DNA from: Dehalococcoidia bacterium
GTDB taxonomy: Bacteria > Chloroflexota > Dehalococcoidia > Bin125
NCBI GenBank assembly: GCA_022822855.1
Contig: JAJDYG010000040.1
Span: 88,556-152,555, forward strand
Direction of reading: 5' to 3'
DNA: 64,000 nucleotides
This document shows positions 44,254 to 54,725 of the stretch, piece after piece. The position numbers and the translations under genes are program-made. Below the pieces are notes generated by a model. It saw only the letters and a program-made list of their open reading frames with translations, ran no database searches and had not been told where the DNA came from. Every line of letters starts with the position of its first letter. Position 1 is the first letter of the stretch.

Positions 44254-47200
44254 ATGGCCCTGACGCTGTCCGCCCATCGGTATGGCCAGCATGCGCAAAC
44301 AGCGCTGACTGAAGCGATCGATCGGCTCAAGACAGTCGGCGGCAGGCAGGATCCCCTCGCCCCCGTGACCATCGTCGTACCGTCGTCGCTGGCTGGCTAT
44401 CACATCAGGCGATCACTGGGCCGGCGGCCGGGAGGCATCGTCAACGTCCAGGTCAAACCGCTCAAGGCGTTGCTCGAGCTGATCGGATCGACATCGCTGA
44501 CCAATGCCGGCCGCCGACCGCTCCCGGAGGCATATCGGGCCGAGACCATCCGTTCCGTGGCCGAGCGGGGAGCACCCGTCTTCGGCGATGTCCCCATCGA
44601 CGGGCCCGTCTTGCGGCACCTGCTGCAGCGATTCTCTGAGTTCGACGACTGCGATCAGGCTCAACTGGACGCCATCGCTGCTCAGCCGGGAGTTCCCGCG
44701 TATCTCGTTGGTCTCTACAGGCAGTACCTCAAGGAAACCGCTGAGTTCTACACGGACCGCGACCTGCTCGAGTCGGCGACGGCAGCGCTCGACGGTCGGC
44801 CGGTTGTGCTGCGCGATATCGGCTCAGTTGTTGTCTATCTGCCGCTCGATTGGAGCTCGGCGCAGAAGCGGTTCCTGCGCGAGCTCTCGAAGCTGACTGA
44901 GGTCGACGTGTTGCTGGGTCTCACCGGCGATCTCGACAACGTGGATCAGCACGTCCTTGACGGATGGAACATCGACGACCACCGCGATCCGGGACCGGTT
45001 CCTGTGGCTCAGGAGATCGTTCAATCGCCTGATGCTGAGGAGGAAGTGCGTTCGGCAATCCGCACAATCGCTGAATCTCTGCTCGCTGATCAACCAACGC
45101 CGCTGCATCAGACTGCCATCCTCTATCGACAGGCCGAGCCGTACCAGCGCGTCTGCGCCGAACAGCTCGATGCGGCGGGCTTGACCTGGAACGGCCGCAA
45201 CTCCGAGACCCTCGGCCAGTCGATTGCGGGCCGAACGCTCGATGGTCTGTTGGGCTTGATCTCGGAAGCGACGATCAGTTGGTCGAACGATGTCGCGCCC
45301 TGGCTGGCTGCGGGGCCGATCCGCTCGGCCACTGGAGAGTTGGCGGCGACCGCCCGCTGGAACCAACTGGCCCGTCGAGCCAATCTGCATCGCGATCCTG
45401 ACGAATGGCAGACCCGGCTCGCGCGTTACCGGGCGACCTGCGTGGCCGATCTCGAACGACTGAGACGCGTCGGCGATGAGTCTCGACCGGGTCGGCGGCC
45501 ATGGATCGAAACCGAAATCCGCGAAGTCGACGAACTCAGCGAGTTCGCCGGTCAACTGGCGCTGTTTCGGCACCAGACGCCATCGGACGCGAGTTGGTCC
45601 GAATATGCAGCTTTGGCGCGGAGTCGGCTCGAGCTCCTGCTTGGCGATCGAAGCGCCTTCACCGGCCAACTGACCGGTGATGACGACTTGCAACTCGCCC
45701 GCTGGGATGACGTTCAGAACCTGTTGAGCGAACTCTCCTGGCTCGACGGTCTGGAACGCGCCACGCCCCAGCGGTTCGTCTCCGCCGCGCGCCGCGGCCT
45801 CGAGCGCCGAATCGGCCATCACCAACGCTACGGAGACGGCCTCTACGTGGGCCCGCTGCACTCTGCCGCAGGGTTGCAATGGGATGTCGTCTACATCGTG
45901 GGGGCCGCGGAAAAGTCCCTGCCGCAAACGCGGACAGACGATCCCCTGCTCGGCGACGAACTGCGGGCTCGCGCCTCGCTGCCGGTCGCTTCGGATCATT
46001 TGCGCGCAGAGCGAGCGGGCTACTTGATCGCTCTGCACTCCGCCGACCGCCGCGTGATCAGTTATCCACGCGCGGACATGCGGGCCGAACGGGCCAAGCT
46101 GCCGGGTAGATGGTTGTTGGAATCGGCGACCGAGCTGAATCAGGGCGAACGAATCTACGCCTCAAAGATCGACCGCGTGTCGGGCGAGATCGTCCGGGCG
46201 ACGCCTTCGTTCGAGCGCGCGGTGCTCTCCGCAGGAGAATCCGCAGATATTCAGGAGTTCGACCTCAGGAGCATCCGTCGAGTTGAGCGGCCGCCTGATC
46301 ATCATCTCGCGGGACCAGGCACCCCACTGCACCGTGGTTTCGTGCAACGATTCGAGCGTCGGCAACCCAGGCTGACGCGCTGGGACGGGCTGGTGTCTGG
46401 AGGCGCGCCGGATGCATTGACGGCGCCCCACTCGGCTGGCGCCCTGCAGGACTGGGCGACCTGCCCGTATCGCTACTTCCTCGGGCGTGTTCTCGGCATC
46501 GAGGAGCGCGACGAACCTCGAGACGAACTGCAGATCACGGCCCTCGACAAGGGATCACTGGTCCATGACACTCTCGACCAGTTCTTTGAGGAGGCCTCGA
46601 CACAACCGGACCCCACCAGGCGCTGGACGGAGGACGAGCGCAAGCGTCTCGAGGCGATCGCCAACGCAAAGCTCGATGAAGCGGATCAGAACGGGCTCAC
46701 AGGTCGAGCCCTGCTCCGGAGACGCGACCGTCAGCGCATGCTCGACGACCTGCTGACCTGGCTGGGCAAGGATGACGAACACCGCTCGAGTGCTCACGCC
46801 CGCCAGATCGCCAGCGAGCTCGTCTTTGGCCGCCTCCCGGACAGCCAGGGGGAGGTTCAATTCATCCTCGACGATGGAAGCCTGCTGCTGTTGCGGGGCG
46901 TGATCGATCGGGTCGACCGCTCGGATCACGACGACCGGTTGATCGTGATCGATTACAAGACCGGCGCGGAGCGGCCAAAGATGTCCGAGCTGCGCAAGGA
47001 CCCGCTAGTCGGTGGGCGCTACCTGCAACTGCCGATCTACGCTCACGCGGCGCGGCAAGTGTACGGTCTCGAACCCGCGGCAACAGTCGACACGGCCTAC
47101 TGGTACATCACCGAGCGCGGCCAGTTCAGGTACAACGCGGTCGAGTGGGACGAGGACAATTCCGCGCGATTCCGTGACGCGATCAACCTGATTGCCGAGA

Positions 47201-47400
47201 ACGTGCGCGCCGGTAGATTCCCGGCCAATCCCGGAGACGGGGACCGACGAAGCAACGAGGCGAACTGCACGTACTGCAGCTTCGACGCCATCTGCCCGAT
47301 CGACCGCTCGGCCAACTGGAAACAAACGAGGCTCGACCCTGCCCTTGCCGGGTACATCGAGCTCTCCGATGGACCCCGCGAGGAAGCTGCACCAGCATGA
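44254..47400 (+). CDS. addB: AddB/RexB-type helicase-nuclease subunit with a degenerate (Walker-A-less) motor domain and a C-terminal RecB-fold nuclease with an Fe-S cluster Cys motif
   Basis: 1048 aa; no GxxxxGK[ST]. The C-terminus CPYRYFL ... LIVIDYKTG ... QLPIYAHAA ... NCTYCSFDAICP carries the AddB iron-staple Cys quartet and PD-(D/E)XK residues. Confidence 0.75.
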   Translation: MALTLSAHRYGQHAQTALTEAIDRLKTVGGRQDPLAPVTIVVPSSLAGYHIRRSLGRRPGGIVNVQVKPLKALLELIGSTSLTNAGRRPLPEAYRAETIRSVAERGAPVFGDVPIDGPVLRHLLQRFSEFDDCDQAQLDAIAAQPGVPAYLVGLYRQYLKETAEFYTDRDLLESATAALDGRPVVLRDIGSVVVYLPLDWSSAQKRFLRELSKLTEVDVLLGLTGDLDNVDQHVLDGWNIDDHRDPGPVPVAQEIVQSPDAEEEVRSAIRTIAESLLADQPTPLHQTAILYRQAEPYQRVCAEQLDAAGLTWNGRNSETLGQSIAGRTLDGLLGLISEATISWSNDVAPWLAAGPIRSATGELAATARWNQLARRANLHRDPDEWQTRLARYRATCVADLERLRRVGDESRPGRRPWIETEIREVDELSEFAGQLALFRHQTPSDASWSEYAALARSRLELLLGDRSAFTGQLTGDDDLQLARWDDVQNLLSELSWLDGLERATPQRFVSAARRGLERRIGHHQRYGDGLYVGPLHSAAGLQWDVVYIVGAAEKSLPQTRTDDPLLGDELRARASLPVASDHLRAERAGYLIALHSADRRVISYPRADMRAERAKLPGRWLLESATELNQGERIYASKIDRVSGEIVRATPSFERAVLSAGESADIQEFDLRSIRRVERPPDHHLAGPGTPLHRGFVQRFERRQPRLTRWDGLVSGGAPDALTAPHSAGALQDWATCPYRYFLGRVLGIEERDEPRDELQITALDKGSLVHDTLDQFFEEASTQPDPTRRWTEDERKRLEAIANAKLDEADQNGLTGRALLRRRDRQRMLDDLLTWLGKDDEHRSSAHARQIASELVFGRLPDSQGEVQFILDDGSLLLLRGVIDRVDRSDHDDRLIVIDYKTGAERPKMSELRKDPLVGGRYLQLPIYAHAARQVYGLEPAATVDTAYWYITERGQFRYNAVEWDEDNSARFRDAINLIAENVRAGRFPANPGDGDRRSNEANCTYCSFDAICPIDRSANWKQTRLDPALAGYIELSDGPREEAAPA

Positions 47401-50400
47401 CCCTCGCCGATCAACAAGCCAGAGACGAGATTGAGCAAGACCTGGACAGAACCCTGTTCGTCGAAGCGGGCGCGGGAACCGGTAAGACTCATCAACTGGT
47501 TCAGCGGATCGTCAACCTGATCAAGAGCGGTGCGGTCCAGGCCAATGAGATTGCCGCGATCACCTTCACCGAGAAGGCGGCCGCAGAACTTTATGACCGG
47601 GTGTTAGAGGAACTGGACCAACAGCGCGAGAAGACGGCCAATCCGGCCCAACGTGAACTGCTCGCGGCTGCAGCCGAGCAGTTGGACCACGCCGCGATCG
47701 AGACCCTGCACGCCTTCGCCGGGCGCATCCTCAGACTGCACCCGATTGAGGCCGGGTTGCCGCCCGGATTCGCGCTCATCGATGAATCGGAGGCGACCTT
47801 GAAATTCGCCCGGCGCTGGGAAGAAGCGCTGGACGAGATTCTCGAAGACGAGGAACTGGCTGAGCCATTGCTCGCCGCATTCGATCAGGGGTTGGAACTC
47901 AAGCATCTCCGCGAACTGGCTGCCAGCTTGCATGCAGACTGGGACCGGGCCGAGTCGGACGCCGCGCAACTGGAACCGCCCAATCTGTCTGAGGCGGTCG
48001 CGGAGATCGCGGCGCCGCTCCGCGAGATCACCTCATTGCGCCACCAATGCGACGACCCGGACGACAAGCTCGCCCAGAATCTGGAGCGGATGGAGCGAAC
48101 GCTCGGTGAGATTCAAGTGCGGGCGGACCGAGATCCAGGCGGCGGTGAGCTGCGCCGTTTCCTGACAGAGGAAAAGTTTCGAGTCGGGCCAGGCCACGGC
48201 GGCAAGGGGACGCTGTGGGGAGGCGCTGATCGAGTCCGTGAGATCAAAAGCGAAATCAAGGAACACGCGGCCGTTCCGGCGATGCTGATGGCTGCGGCGT
48301 TCGAACCCGTGATGGCGCCCATCCACAATGCCCTGCGGCGCGTGGTCGTGGCCTATGCGGATGAACGTCGGCGCAGCGGTGAGTTGGAGTTCCAGGACCT
48401 GTTGGTCAGGGCGAGCAGGTTGCTGGAATCAGATGAATCCGTCGCCACGGCCATCCGAGCCCGCTACAAGCGCCTGCTGATCGATGAGTTCCAGGACAAC
48501 GATCCGCTGCAGACGCGGATCATTGACGCCATCACCCGGGGCGAACCGGGCCGGGTCTTCTTCGTCGGCGACCCGAAGCAGTCGATCTACCGGTTCCGCC
48601 GCGCCGATATCCAGCAGTTCAACCAGGTCAAACACGTGCAGCGAGACGGTCTCACCCGTCTGACCCAGAACTTCCGCTCCACGCCCGGCGTGACCTCATT
48701 TGTCAACGCCGTCTTCAAACGCATGATGGACACAGACAGCCCCGATCAGGCCGATTGGGAAGATCTGAACCCCGATCGCGATCCGCCGGAAGGCGCTGAG
48801 CACGCGGTCACCGTCGTTGGAGACGAGTGCGAGGGAGCGATCGACGACATCCGCCGGCTCGAGGCCGAAGCTCTCGCGCGGATCATCGACGACATCACGG
48901 TCTCGCGGTGGCAGGTCTACGACAAATCTCAGGGGAGCTGCCGGGACGCTCGATTCGCGGACACCGCGGTGCTGGTACCTACGCGAACGGGCCTGACCCA
49001 TCTCCTTCCAGCCCTAGAAGAGCGCGACATCCCCTACCGGCTGGAGAGCCGGTCGCTCGTCTACGGCACGCGAGAGATTCGCGATCTACTCAGTCTGCTG
49101 CGTGCGATTGACGATCCAACCGACCAGTTCGCCCTGGTCGCGGCGCTGCGCTCCCCAGCGTTTGCCTGCGCCGACGACGATCTCTACCGCTGGCGGCAGG
49201 CGCGAGGGCGCTGGGATTATCGCCAGGAGCGGCCGCAGAGCGTCCTCGAGGACGACCCGGTCGCCGATTCCATGCGCTGGCTCAGGGAAGTGGGAGCGCG
49301 TCGCTGGGAGATGTCCGTTAGCGAGCTCGTCGGCCGCACGATCCGCGAGCGTCGATTGATGGAACTGGCGGTGGTCGAGCGTCAACCTCGCGAACACTGG
49401 GCTCGTTACCGGTTCCTGCTCGATCAGGCGCGCGCGTTCTGCGACGACGGCGGATCAACGCTGAGCGAGTTCCTCGCCTGGGCAAAATTCCAGGCGGAAG
49501 CGGATACGCAGGTAATCGAGTCAGTGGTGCCGGAAGAGGACCACGACGCCGTCCGAATCATGACGATCCACGCGGCCAAGGGCCTCGAGTTTCCAATCGT
49601 GGTGTTCGCCGGACTGAACACGCAACCGCGGCGGAATCCGCCGACACTTCTGTGGGGCCAAGGAGGCCGCCCGGAGATACGTCTGCGCGACGGACTGCAG
49701 ACTCCGGGATTCCAGGACCTCTGGGAGCGTGAGAAACGCCTACAGGACGAAGAGCATGTGCGCCGCAGCTACGTCGGCGCCACGCGAGCGCGAGACCACC
49801 TGATCGTCAGCCTCTACCGCAAGACGAAGCAGCACTGCGACGCGGAGCAGATTGCCCAGGCCCTGCATAACTCGGATGCGCCGTGTCGCTTGCTGTCCCA
49901 GGAAGAAATTCCCGATCCGCCTACGATTGTTCGTTCCACTCGCGCTCCCGCTGAACCGGACACTGCGGCCCAGCGTGACCAGTGGATCGCACAACGCACT
50001 GACGCCAATCGCCGGTTTGCCTCGCTGCCTCGCGAGTCCGCGACCGGGGTCGCCAAACTGGCCATCGGCGGCTCCACGTCGCCCGACGGATCGCCAAATC
50101 ACGAGCCGGACGAAGACTTGCCGCCCTGGCGTCGGGGCCGGGCCGGAACCGCGATCGGCCGCGCGACCCATGGTGTCCTACAAGTGATCGATCTGCAACA
50201 GCCGGACGAGGCTGAGATCAGGGAGGCAGCTCGGGCGCAGGCCACGGCGGAATCGTTGACCGGTCGCGCCGCCGACGCAGTCGAACGGCTGGCTCTCCGA
50301 GCAACCCGAAGCAAAGTGGTCCGCGAGGCGGTGACCGCCGATCGGTTCTGGCGGGAACTCTACGCAGCTGTGGAAGTTGACGGCGTCCTGCTCGACGGCT

Positions 50401-50672
50401 TCATCGATCTGCTCTACGAGCTGCCCAACGGCAATCTGGTCGTCGTCGACTACAAGACCGACGCGCTGCAATCGGGCGAATCAGTGGCCGCCGCGGTCGA
50501 TCGCTACCGGCTGCAGGCCGCCTCATACGCGCTGATCCTGGAGCAATCACTCCACCGCACCGTCGACCGCTGCGTGCTGCTGCTTCTCGAGCCGGACGAG
50601 GAATGGGAGATTCCCAACCTGAGACTGGCGGTGACGGACGTTCGCGCGGCCCTTGCCGCCGTCGGACCCTGA
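47397..50672 (+). CDS. addA: AddA/RexA-type UvrD-family helicase with a C-terminal RecB nuclease domain
   Basis: FVEAGAGTGKT (Walker A), IDEFQDNDPLQ (DEFQD), VMTIHAAKGLEFP, and C-terminal LVVVDYKTD...YRLQAASYAL. 4-nt overlap with addB. Confidence 0.85.
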   Translation: MTLADQQARDEIEQDLDRTLFVEAGAGTGKTHQLVQRIVNLIKSGAVQANEIAAITFTEKAAAELYDRVLEELDQQREKTANPAQRELLAAAAEQLDHAAIETLHAFAGRILRLHPIEAGLPPGFALIDESEATLKFARRWEEALDEILEDEELAEPLLAAFDQGLELKHLRELAASLHADWDRAESDAAQLEPPNLSEAVAEIAAPLREITSLRHQCDDPDDKLAQNLERMERTLGEIQVRADRDPGGGELRRFLTEEKFRVGPGHGGKGTLWGGADRVREIKSEIKEHAAVPAMLMAAAFEPVMAPIHNALRRVVVAYADERRRSGELEFQDLLVRASRLLESDESVATAIRARYKRLLIDEFQDNDPLQTRIIDAITRGEPGRVFFVGDPKQSIYRFRRADIQQFNQVKHVQRDGLTRLTQNFRSTPGVTSFVNAVFKRMMDTDSPDQADWEDLNPDRDPPEGAEHAVTVVGDECEGAIDDIRRLEAEALARIIDDITVSRWQVYDKSQGSCRDARFADTAVLVPTRTGLTHLLPALEERDIPYRLESRSLVYGTREIRDLLSLLRAIDDPTDQFALVAALRSPAFACADDDLYRWRQARGRWDYRQERPQSVLEDDPVADSMRWLREVGARRWEMSVSELVGRTIRERRLMELAVVERQPREHWARYRFLLDQARAFCDDGGSTLSEFLAWAKFQAEADTQVIESVVPEEDHDAVRIMTIHAAKGLEFPIVVFAGLNTQPRRNPPTLLWGQGGRPEIRLRDGLQTPGFQDLWEREKRLQDEEHVRRSYVGATRARDHLIVSLYRKTKQHCDAEQIAQALHNSDAPCRLLSQEEIPDPPTIVRSTRAPAEPDTAAQRDQWIAQRTDANRRFASLPRESATGVAKLAIGGSTSPDGSPNHEPDEDLPPWRRGRAGTAIGRATHGVLQVIDLQQPDEAEIREAARAQATAESLTGRAADAVERLALRATRSKVVREAVTADRFWRELYAAVEVDGVLLDGFIDLLYELPNGNLVVVDYKTDALQSGESVAAAVDRYRLQAASYALILEQSLHRTVDRCVLLLLEPDEEWEIPNLRLAVTDVRAALAAVGP

Positions 50673-50717
50673 ACAGTTCGCCGCTCTCGCAATCCCTGCC
50701 TCGGTAGTCTCAGACCC

Positions 50718-51728
50718 ATGGCGGTCTATCTGTTCCACGGCGAGGATCGGTTTGCGCGGCTGGAAGCCGTGGCGGCGTTGCGGCGCGAACATGACGCCGA
50801 CGGCTCGTTGGCCAACAACTCTGTCAGTTTCGACGGCGCGCGCGTCTCGCTGGGTGAACTGGGAGCGGCGGTCTCTGCAGCGCCGTTCCTGGGTGGCGTG
50901 CGCTGGGTCCGCGTCGATGGACTCTGCGCTCGTTTCGGAGCGCCACGGCGAGGGCGCCGTCAACTGGGCGAGTGGGATGGCCTGACTGACATGTTGGAGC
51001 AGGTGCCCCCGACGACCGTCCTGGTCTTCGTCGAGGACGAACTGCGGCGCGGCAATCCCATGTTGCAACTGATCGAGCCCCTGGCCGATGCTCGGGAGTT
51101 CGCTCGGCTGAAGCCCGAGGAGGCGCTCGAGTGGCTGCGCGGCGAGGTGCGCAGCCGCGGATTGCATTTGACCCGGAACGCCGCCCAGGCACTCATTGAC
51201 CGGGCTGGCGGCGATCGGGGCGCGCTGACCCACGCAGTAGACAAGCTCTCGCTCTACGCCGGCGACGCCAACGTCGACGAGACGATTGTCGAGGCCATGG
51301 TCCCGGCGACGCGCTCCGTCTCAATCTTCAACCTCGTCGATGCGGTCGCCGAACGACGTTTGCCCGACGCTATGCGGGCGCTAGACGGCGTCCGCGCCGA
51401 CGGTGAGTCGGAGACGCGAATCATCCAGATGCTGGCCCGAACATATCGCCAGATCGTGGCGGCCAGAGAGGTCATCGACCAAGGTGGTTCGAACGACGAG
51501 ATTCAGCAGGCGGCCAAGGCGAACTTCGCGTGGCTCGCGCGCCGGCTCCGTCGACAGGCACAGGCCTACTCGCAGCCGGCAGCCGATGCCGCGCTGGCAC
51601 GAATCCTCGAGGCCGAGGAAGCGATCCTGCAGCAACGTGAGGAAGGCAGCGGCCTTTCCTCGAGCGTGGCCGAACAACTCGTAGTGGAACTGCTGGTCTC
51701 GGAGTTAGCCGGTGCCGGGCGCGACTAG
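50718..51728 (+). CDS. holA: DNA polymerase III delta subunit
   Basis: YLFHGED..., LSLYAGD, and the three-domain clamp-loader delta pattern. 336 aa. Confidence 0.65.
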   Translation: MAVYLFHGEDRFARLEAVAALRREHDADGSLANNSVSFDGARVSLGELGAAVSAAPFLGGVRWVRVDGLCARFGAPRRGRRQLGEWDGLTDMLEQVPPTTVLVFVEDELRRGNPMLQLIEPLADAREFARLKPEEALEWLRGEVRSRGLHLTRNAAQALIDRAGGDRGALTHAVDKLSLYAGDANVDETIVEAMVPATRSVSIFNLVDAVAERRLPDAMRALDGVRADGESETRIIQMLARTYRQIVAAREVIDQGGSNDEIQQAAKANFAWLARRLRRQAQAYSQPAADAALARILEAEEAILQQREEGSGLSSSVAEQLVVELLVSELAGAGRD

Positions 51729-51734
51729 GACCTG

Positions 51735-52727
51735 CTAAACCTCGAGCACCGGGTTGTAACAGGCCACGCGTTGACCAATCCGGCCGCCAATCACATCGGC
51801 GAGTTCGGGCTCGCCATCTGTGCGGCACCGGGTGAGCGCCTTGGGACAACGTTCCAGATATGCGCAGTGCTCGCCGATCTCTTCGTCGGTCAGGTCGGGC
51901 AGACCACCGGGTATCTGGCGCAGCCGGGAGCGTCGCCGTCGATCAAGCCGGGGCAGCGTGTCGAGCAACGCCCAGGTGTAGGGATGTCGCGGTTGCCGAT
52001 AGAGCGGTACGACATCGTCGACCTCCATCATCCGCCCGGCATAAATGATCGCCACGCGCTCTGCGATCTGCGCGACGACGCCCATGTCGTGAGTGATTAG
52101 CAGGATCGCTGTTCCCCGTTCGTCGCGGAGACGCTCCAGTTCGTAGAGGATCTGGGCCTGGACAGTGACATCCAGCGATGCCGTCGGTTCGTCGGCGATC
52201 AGTACCTGTGGGTCGAGCGCGGTCGCGATCGCGATCATGATCCGCTGACACATGCCTCCCGAGAGCTCGCCCGGGAACGACTTGGCGATCCTGATCGGGT
52301 CGGGCAGCTGCATCGCATTGAGCGCCTCCAGCGCCCGCTCCCGCGCTTCGCCCTTACTGACCGTGCGGTGAGAGGTGATCACCTCTTCGACTTGCTGGCC
52401 AACAGTGATGATCGGATTCAGCCCTGCGATCGGGTCCTGGAAGATCATCGAGATCTGGTCGCCGCGGATGCGTTGCAGCTCGCTGCGATCCATGTCGCCG
52501 ATGTTGCGGTGTTCATAGCGAATCGATCCGCTGGTCAGGTCGGCGTTGCGCGGCAGGATGCGCAGGATGGCCAGACCCAGCGTGGTTTTGCCCGAACCGC
52601 TCTCGCCGACCAGGGCGACGATCTCTCCGCGCTCCATCGTCAGCGAGGCCCCGCGCACAGCGCGCACCGGACCTTCGCGAGTTTTGTACTCGATGCTGAC
52701 ATCGTCGATGGTCAGGATTGGTGGCAC
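51735..52727 (-). CDS. ABC transporter ATP-binding protein (OppD/DppD oligopeptide family), orphan (no permease or SBP adjacent)
   Basis: GESGSGKTT (Walker A), [15 protein letters not shown] (signature), [12 protein letters not shown] (Walker B), and the Opp-type C-terminal extension (HPYTWALL). Confidence 0.85.
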   Translation of the reverse strand: MPPILTIDDVSIEYKTREGPVRAVRGASLTMERGEIVALVGESGSGKTTLGLAILRILPRNADLTSGSIRYEHRNIGDMDRSELQRIRGDQISMIFQDPIAGLNPIITVGQQVEEVITSHRTVSKGEARERALEALNAMQLPDPIRIAKSFPGELSGGMCQRIMIAIATALDPQVLIADEPTASLDVTVQAQILYELERLRDERGTAILLITHDMGVVAQIAERVAIIYAGRMMEVDDVVPLYRQPRHPYTWALLDTLPRLDRRRRSRLRQIPGGLPDLTDEEIGEHCAYLERCPKALTRCRTDGEPELADVIGGRIGQRVACYNPVLEV

Positions 52728-53003
52728 TGGTTCAGTCTACGCATATCCCGGACTCTCGCCGGAGCGCCAGAGAGGAGGTCGGTTGCTCGGTGCGACTGCC
52801 CATGTCCGGGTTCGGCGAAGCCACCCCCGTGCGTCAGTCACGACTTCGAGGCCCGAATCCGATCCCTGCCGACCGCGGAGCCTCGCTGACGATCTGCGCG
52901 CTGAGCGTGACCGGCTGGGGTCGAAACTCGCGCAGAGGGAACGGTCATCCTCAAGCAGCGCTGAGCAGAACCGTCGCTGCGATGCGCCGTCGAACCGTCT
53001 CAC

Positions 53004-53729
53004 TCACTGGGGCCGACGGATGACCGAGACGACGCGACCCTGGATCAGCATGTTCGCCTCGTCCGTCAGGATCGGATCCATCGTCGGGTTCTCGGGTTGC
53101 AGGCGGACGTGGCCCTCTTCGTAGTACAGGCGCTTGAGCGTGCAGATGTTCTCCTCGCGCAACCAGACCGCGGCCATCTGACCGTTGGAGATGTTCTGCA
53201 CCTCTTCCAGGATCACCGTGTCCTGGTCCGCGATCAGCGCGTCGATCATCGAGTTCCCGCGCACCGTGAGCGCGAACACTCGCTCCGGGTCGCGTCCCGC
53301 AAGCATGTCGGAGGTCACGGCAATCTTGCTCTCCGCGTGCTCGACATCGACCCCCTCAGGAACGAGCGAGCGAGTCCCGGCCGCGATCGATCCGAGCAGT
53401 GGAACGGCGAGCGCGGAGGCGCCGGACTCTACCTGCGTCGGTCGAACCGCCTCAACGGGTTGCGTCAGTGAAATCGTCCGCGCCCGCTCGCGGTCGCGTC
53501 GGATGTGACCCTCGCGTTCGAGGATCTTCAGGTTGTAGTCGGCCACCGAGGTAGACGAGAGGTTGCAACCCTCGACGATGTCGCGCACCGAAGGCGGGTA
53601 GTGATACCGGGTGAAGTAGTCCCTCAGGAACGCCAGGATTCGTTCGGGCTTGTCCGATCGCGGCCCCCGCTTTCCTCGGCGCGGTGCCAATGTCGTGTCC
53701 GGATCGTTCGATCTCTGCTGCTCTGCCAT
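53004..53729 (-). CDS. lexA: LexA repressor (SOS regulon), with a 28-aa basic N-terminal extension
   Basis: ERILAFLRDYFTRYHYPPSVRDIVEG (winged HTH), then GSIAAG (cleavage-site Ala-Gly) and VRGNSMIDALI...CTLKRL (Ser-Lys dyad). Confidence 0.9.
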   Translation of the reverse strand: MAEQQRSNDPDTTLAPRRGKRGPRSDKPERILAFLRDYFTRYHYPPSVRDIVEGCNLSSTSVADYNLKILEREGHIRRDRERARTISLTQPVEAVRPTQVESGASALAVPLLGSIAAGTRSLVPEGVDVEHAESKIAVTSDMLAGRDPERVFALTVRGNSMIDALIADQDTVILEEVQNISNGQMAAVWLREENICTLKRLYYEEGHVRLQPENPTMDPILTDEANMLIQGRVVSVIRRPQ

Positions 53730-53852
53730 GGTGAGTATCCCCCAATCGTTGCCTTGCGCGGTTTTGCGCGTTGTTGTTCGGTCGCGCTGTTATCGTGACC
53801 CGAATGCCGGTAGTGACATAAGGGAAGTATAGCAGCCCTCCGAGCAGGTGTG

Positions 53853-53868
53853 CGGAACTTGCGTTCTG
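53853..53868. promoter_or_regulatory. LexA/SOS box (Cheo-type GAAC-N4-GTTC) in the lexA / PIG-L-deacetylase divergent intergenic region
   Basis: cgGAACttgcGTTCtg, with GAAC at 53855-53858 and GTTC at 53863-53866. It lies about 125 bp upstream of the lexA start and about 80 bp upstream of the divergent gene. Confidence 0.55.
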
Positions 53869-53947
53869 CGCTGTTCCGTTCATTGTGCGCGTATAGGCTG
53901 GTGATGTCAACCCCCCAGACGAAACTTCTGCTCCGAAAGACCAGACA

Positions 53948-54700
53948 ATGATGATGCCTCCCGAAACCGACAACAAAGTCGGCCTGGTGGTCGCCGCCCA
54001 CCCAGACGATCCCGACTTTGGCGCAGGCGGCACTGCAGCCCTCTGGACCACGCTCGGTTGGGAGATGCACTATCTGGTCGTGACCAACGGCGCCAAGGGT
54101 ACGGCGGACCCGGAGATGACTTCCGAGCGGCTGGTCCCGATGCGCGAGGTGGAACAACGAAACGCGGCTGAGGAGTTGGGTGTAATCAGCTGTACATTCC
54201 TCGGCGGCGAGGACGGTGAACTGGAATACACACGCGAATATCTGGGCGGAATCGTCAAGGCGATTCGCAAAATCCAGCCGCACGTGGTGTTTACACACTC
54301 GACCGACATCATCCACCGCCGCGCGCTCGAGGCTGATCCCTCCGACCCACTCTCCGAGTGGCGCGGGTTTATCAACCACCGCGACCACCGCTGCACCGGC
54401 GAGATGACGGTCGACGCGGTCTATCCCACTGCGCGCGACCGCCTCAACTTCCCCGAGCATCTTGCAGAAGGGCTCGAGTGCCACAAGGTCGCCGAGCTGT
54501 TCATCTGGGGCAGCATGCTGGCCAACTACGACATCGATATCACCGACGTGATTCAGACCAAGATTCGCGCCCTAACCCGGCACGTATCGCAGTTCGGCGA
54601 CCGTGGCGAAGACTTCATCGCCAACGTCGAAAAGCGCTGGAGTTCGGCCGACGGCCGTTACTACGAGCACTTCGAACGGGTCTCGCTGCCGGTCTTCTAG
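53948..54700 (+). CDS. PIG-L/LmbE-family N-acetylglucosaminyl deacetylase (mycothiol/bacillithiol-type deacetylase-like)
   Basis: VVAAHPDDPDFGAGGT is the LmbE zinc-binding motif. 250 aa. Confidence 0.8.
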   Translation: MMMPPETDNKVGLVVAAHPDDPDFGAGGTAALWTTLGWEMHYLVVTNGAKGTADPEMTSERLVPMREVEQRNAAEELGVISCTFLGGEDGELEYTREYLGGIVKAIRKIQPHVVFTHSTDIIHRRALEADPSDPLSEWRGFINHRDHRCTGEMTVDAVYPTARDRLNFPEHLAEGLECHKVAELFIWGSMLANYDIDITDVIQTKIRALTRHVSQFGDRGEDFIANVEKRWSSADGRYYEHFERVSLPVF

Positions 54701-54725
54701 CGTCCGAGCCAGCCGGCGCGATTCG

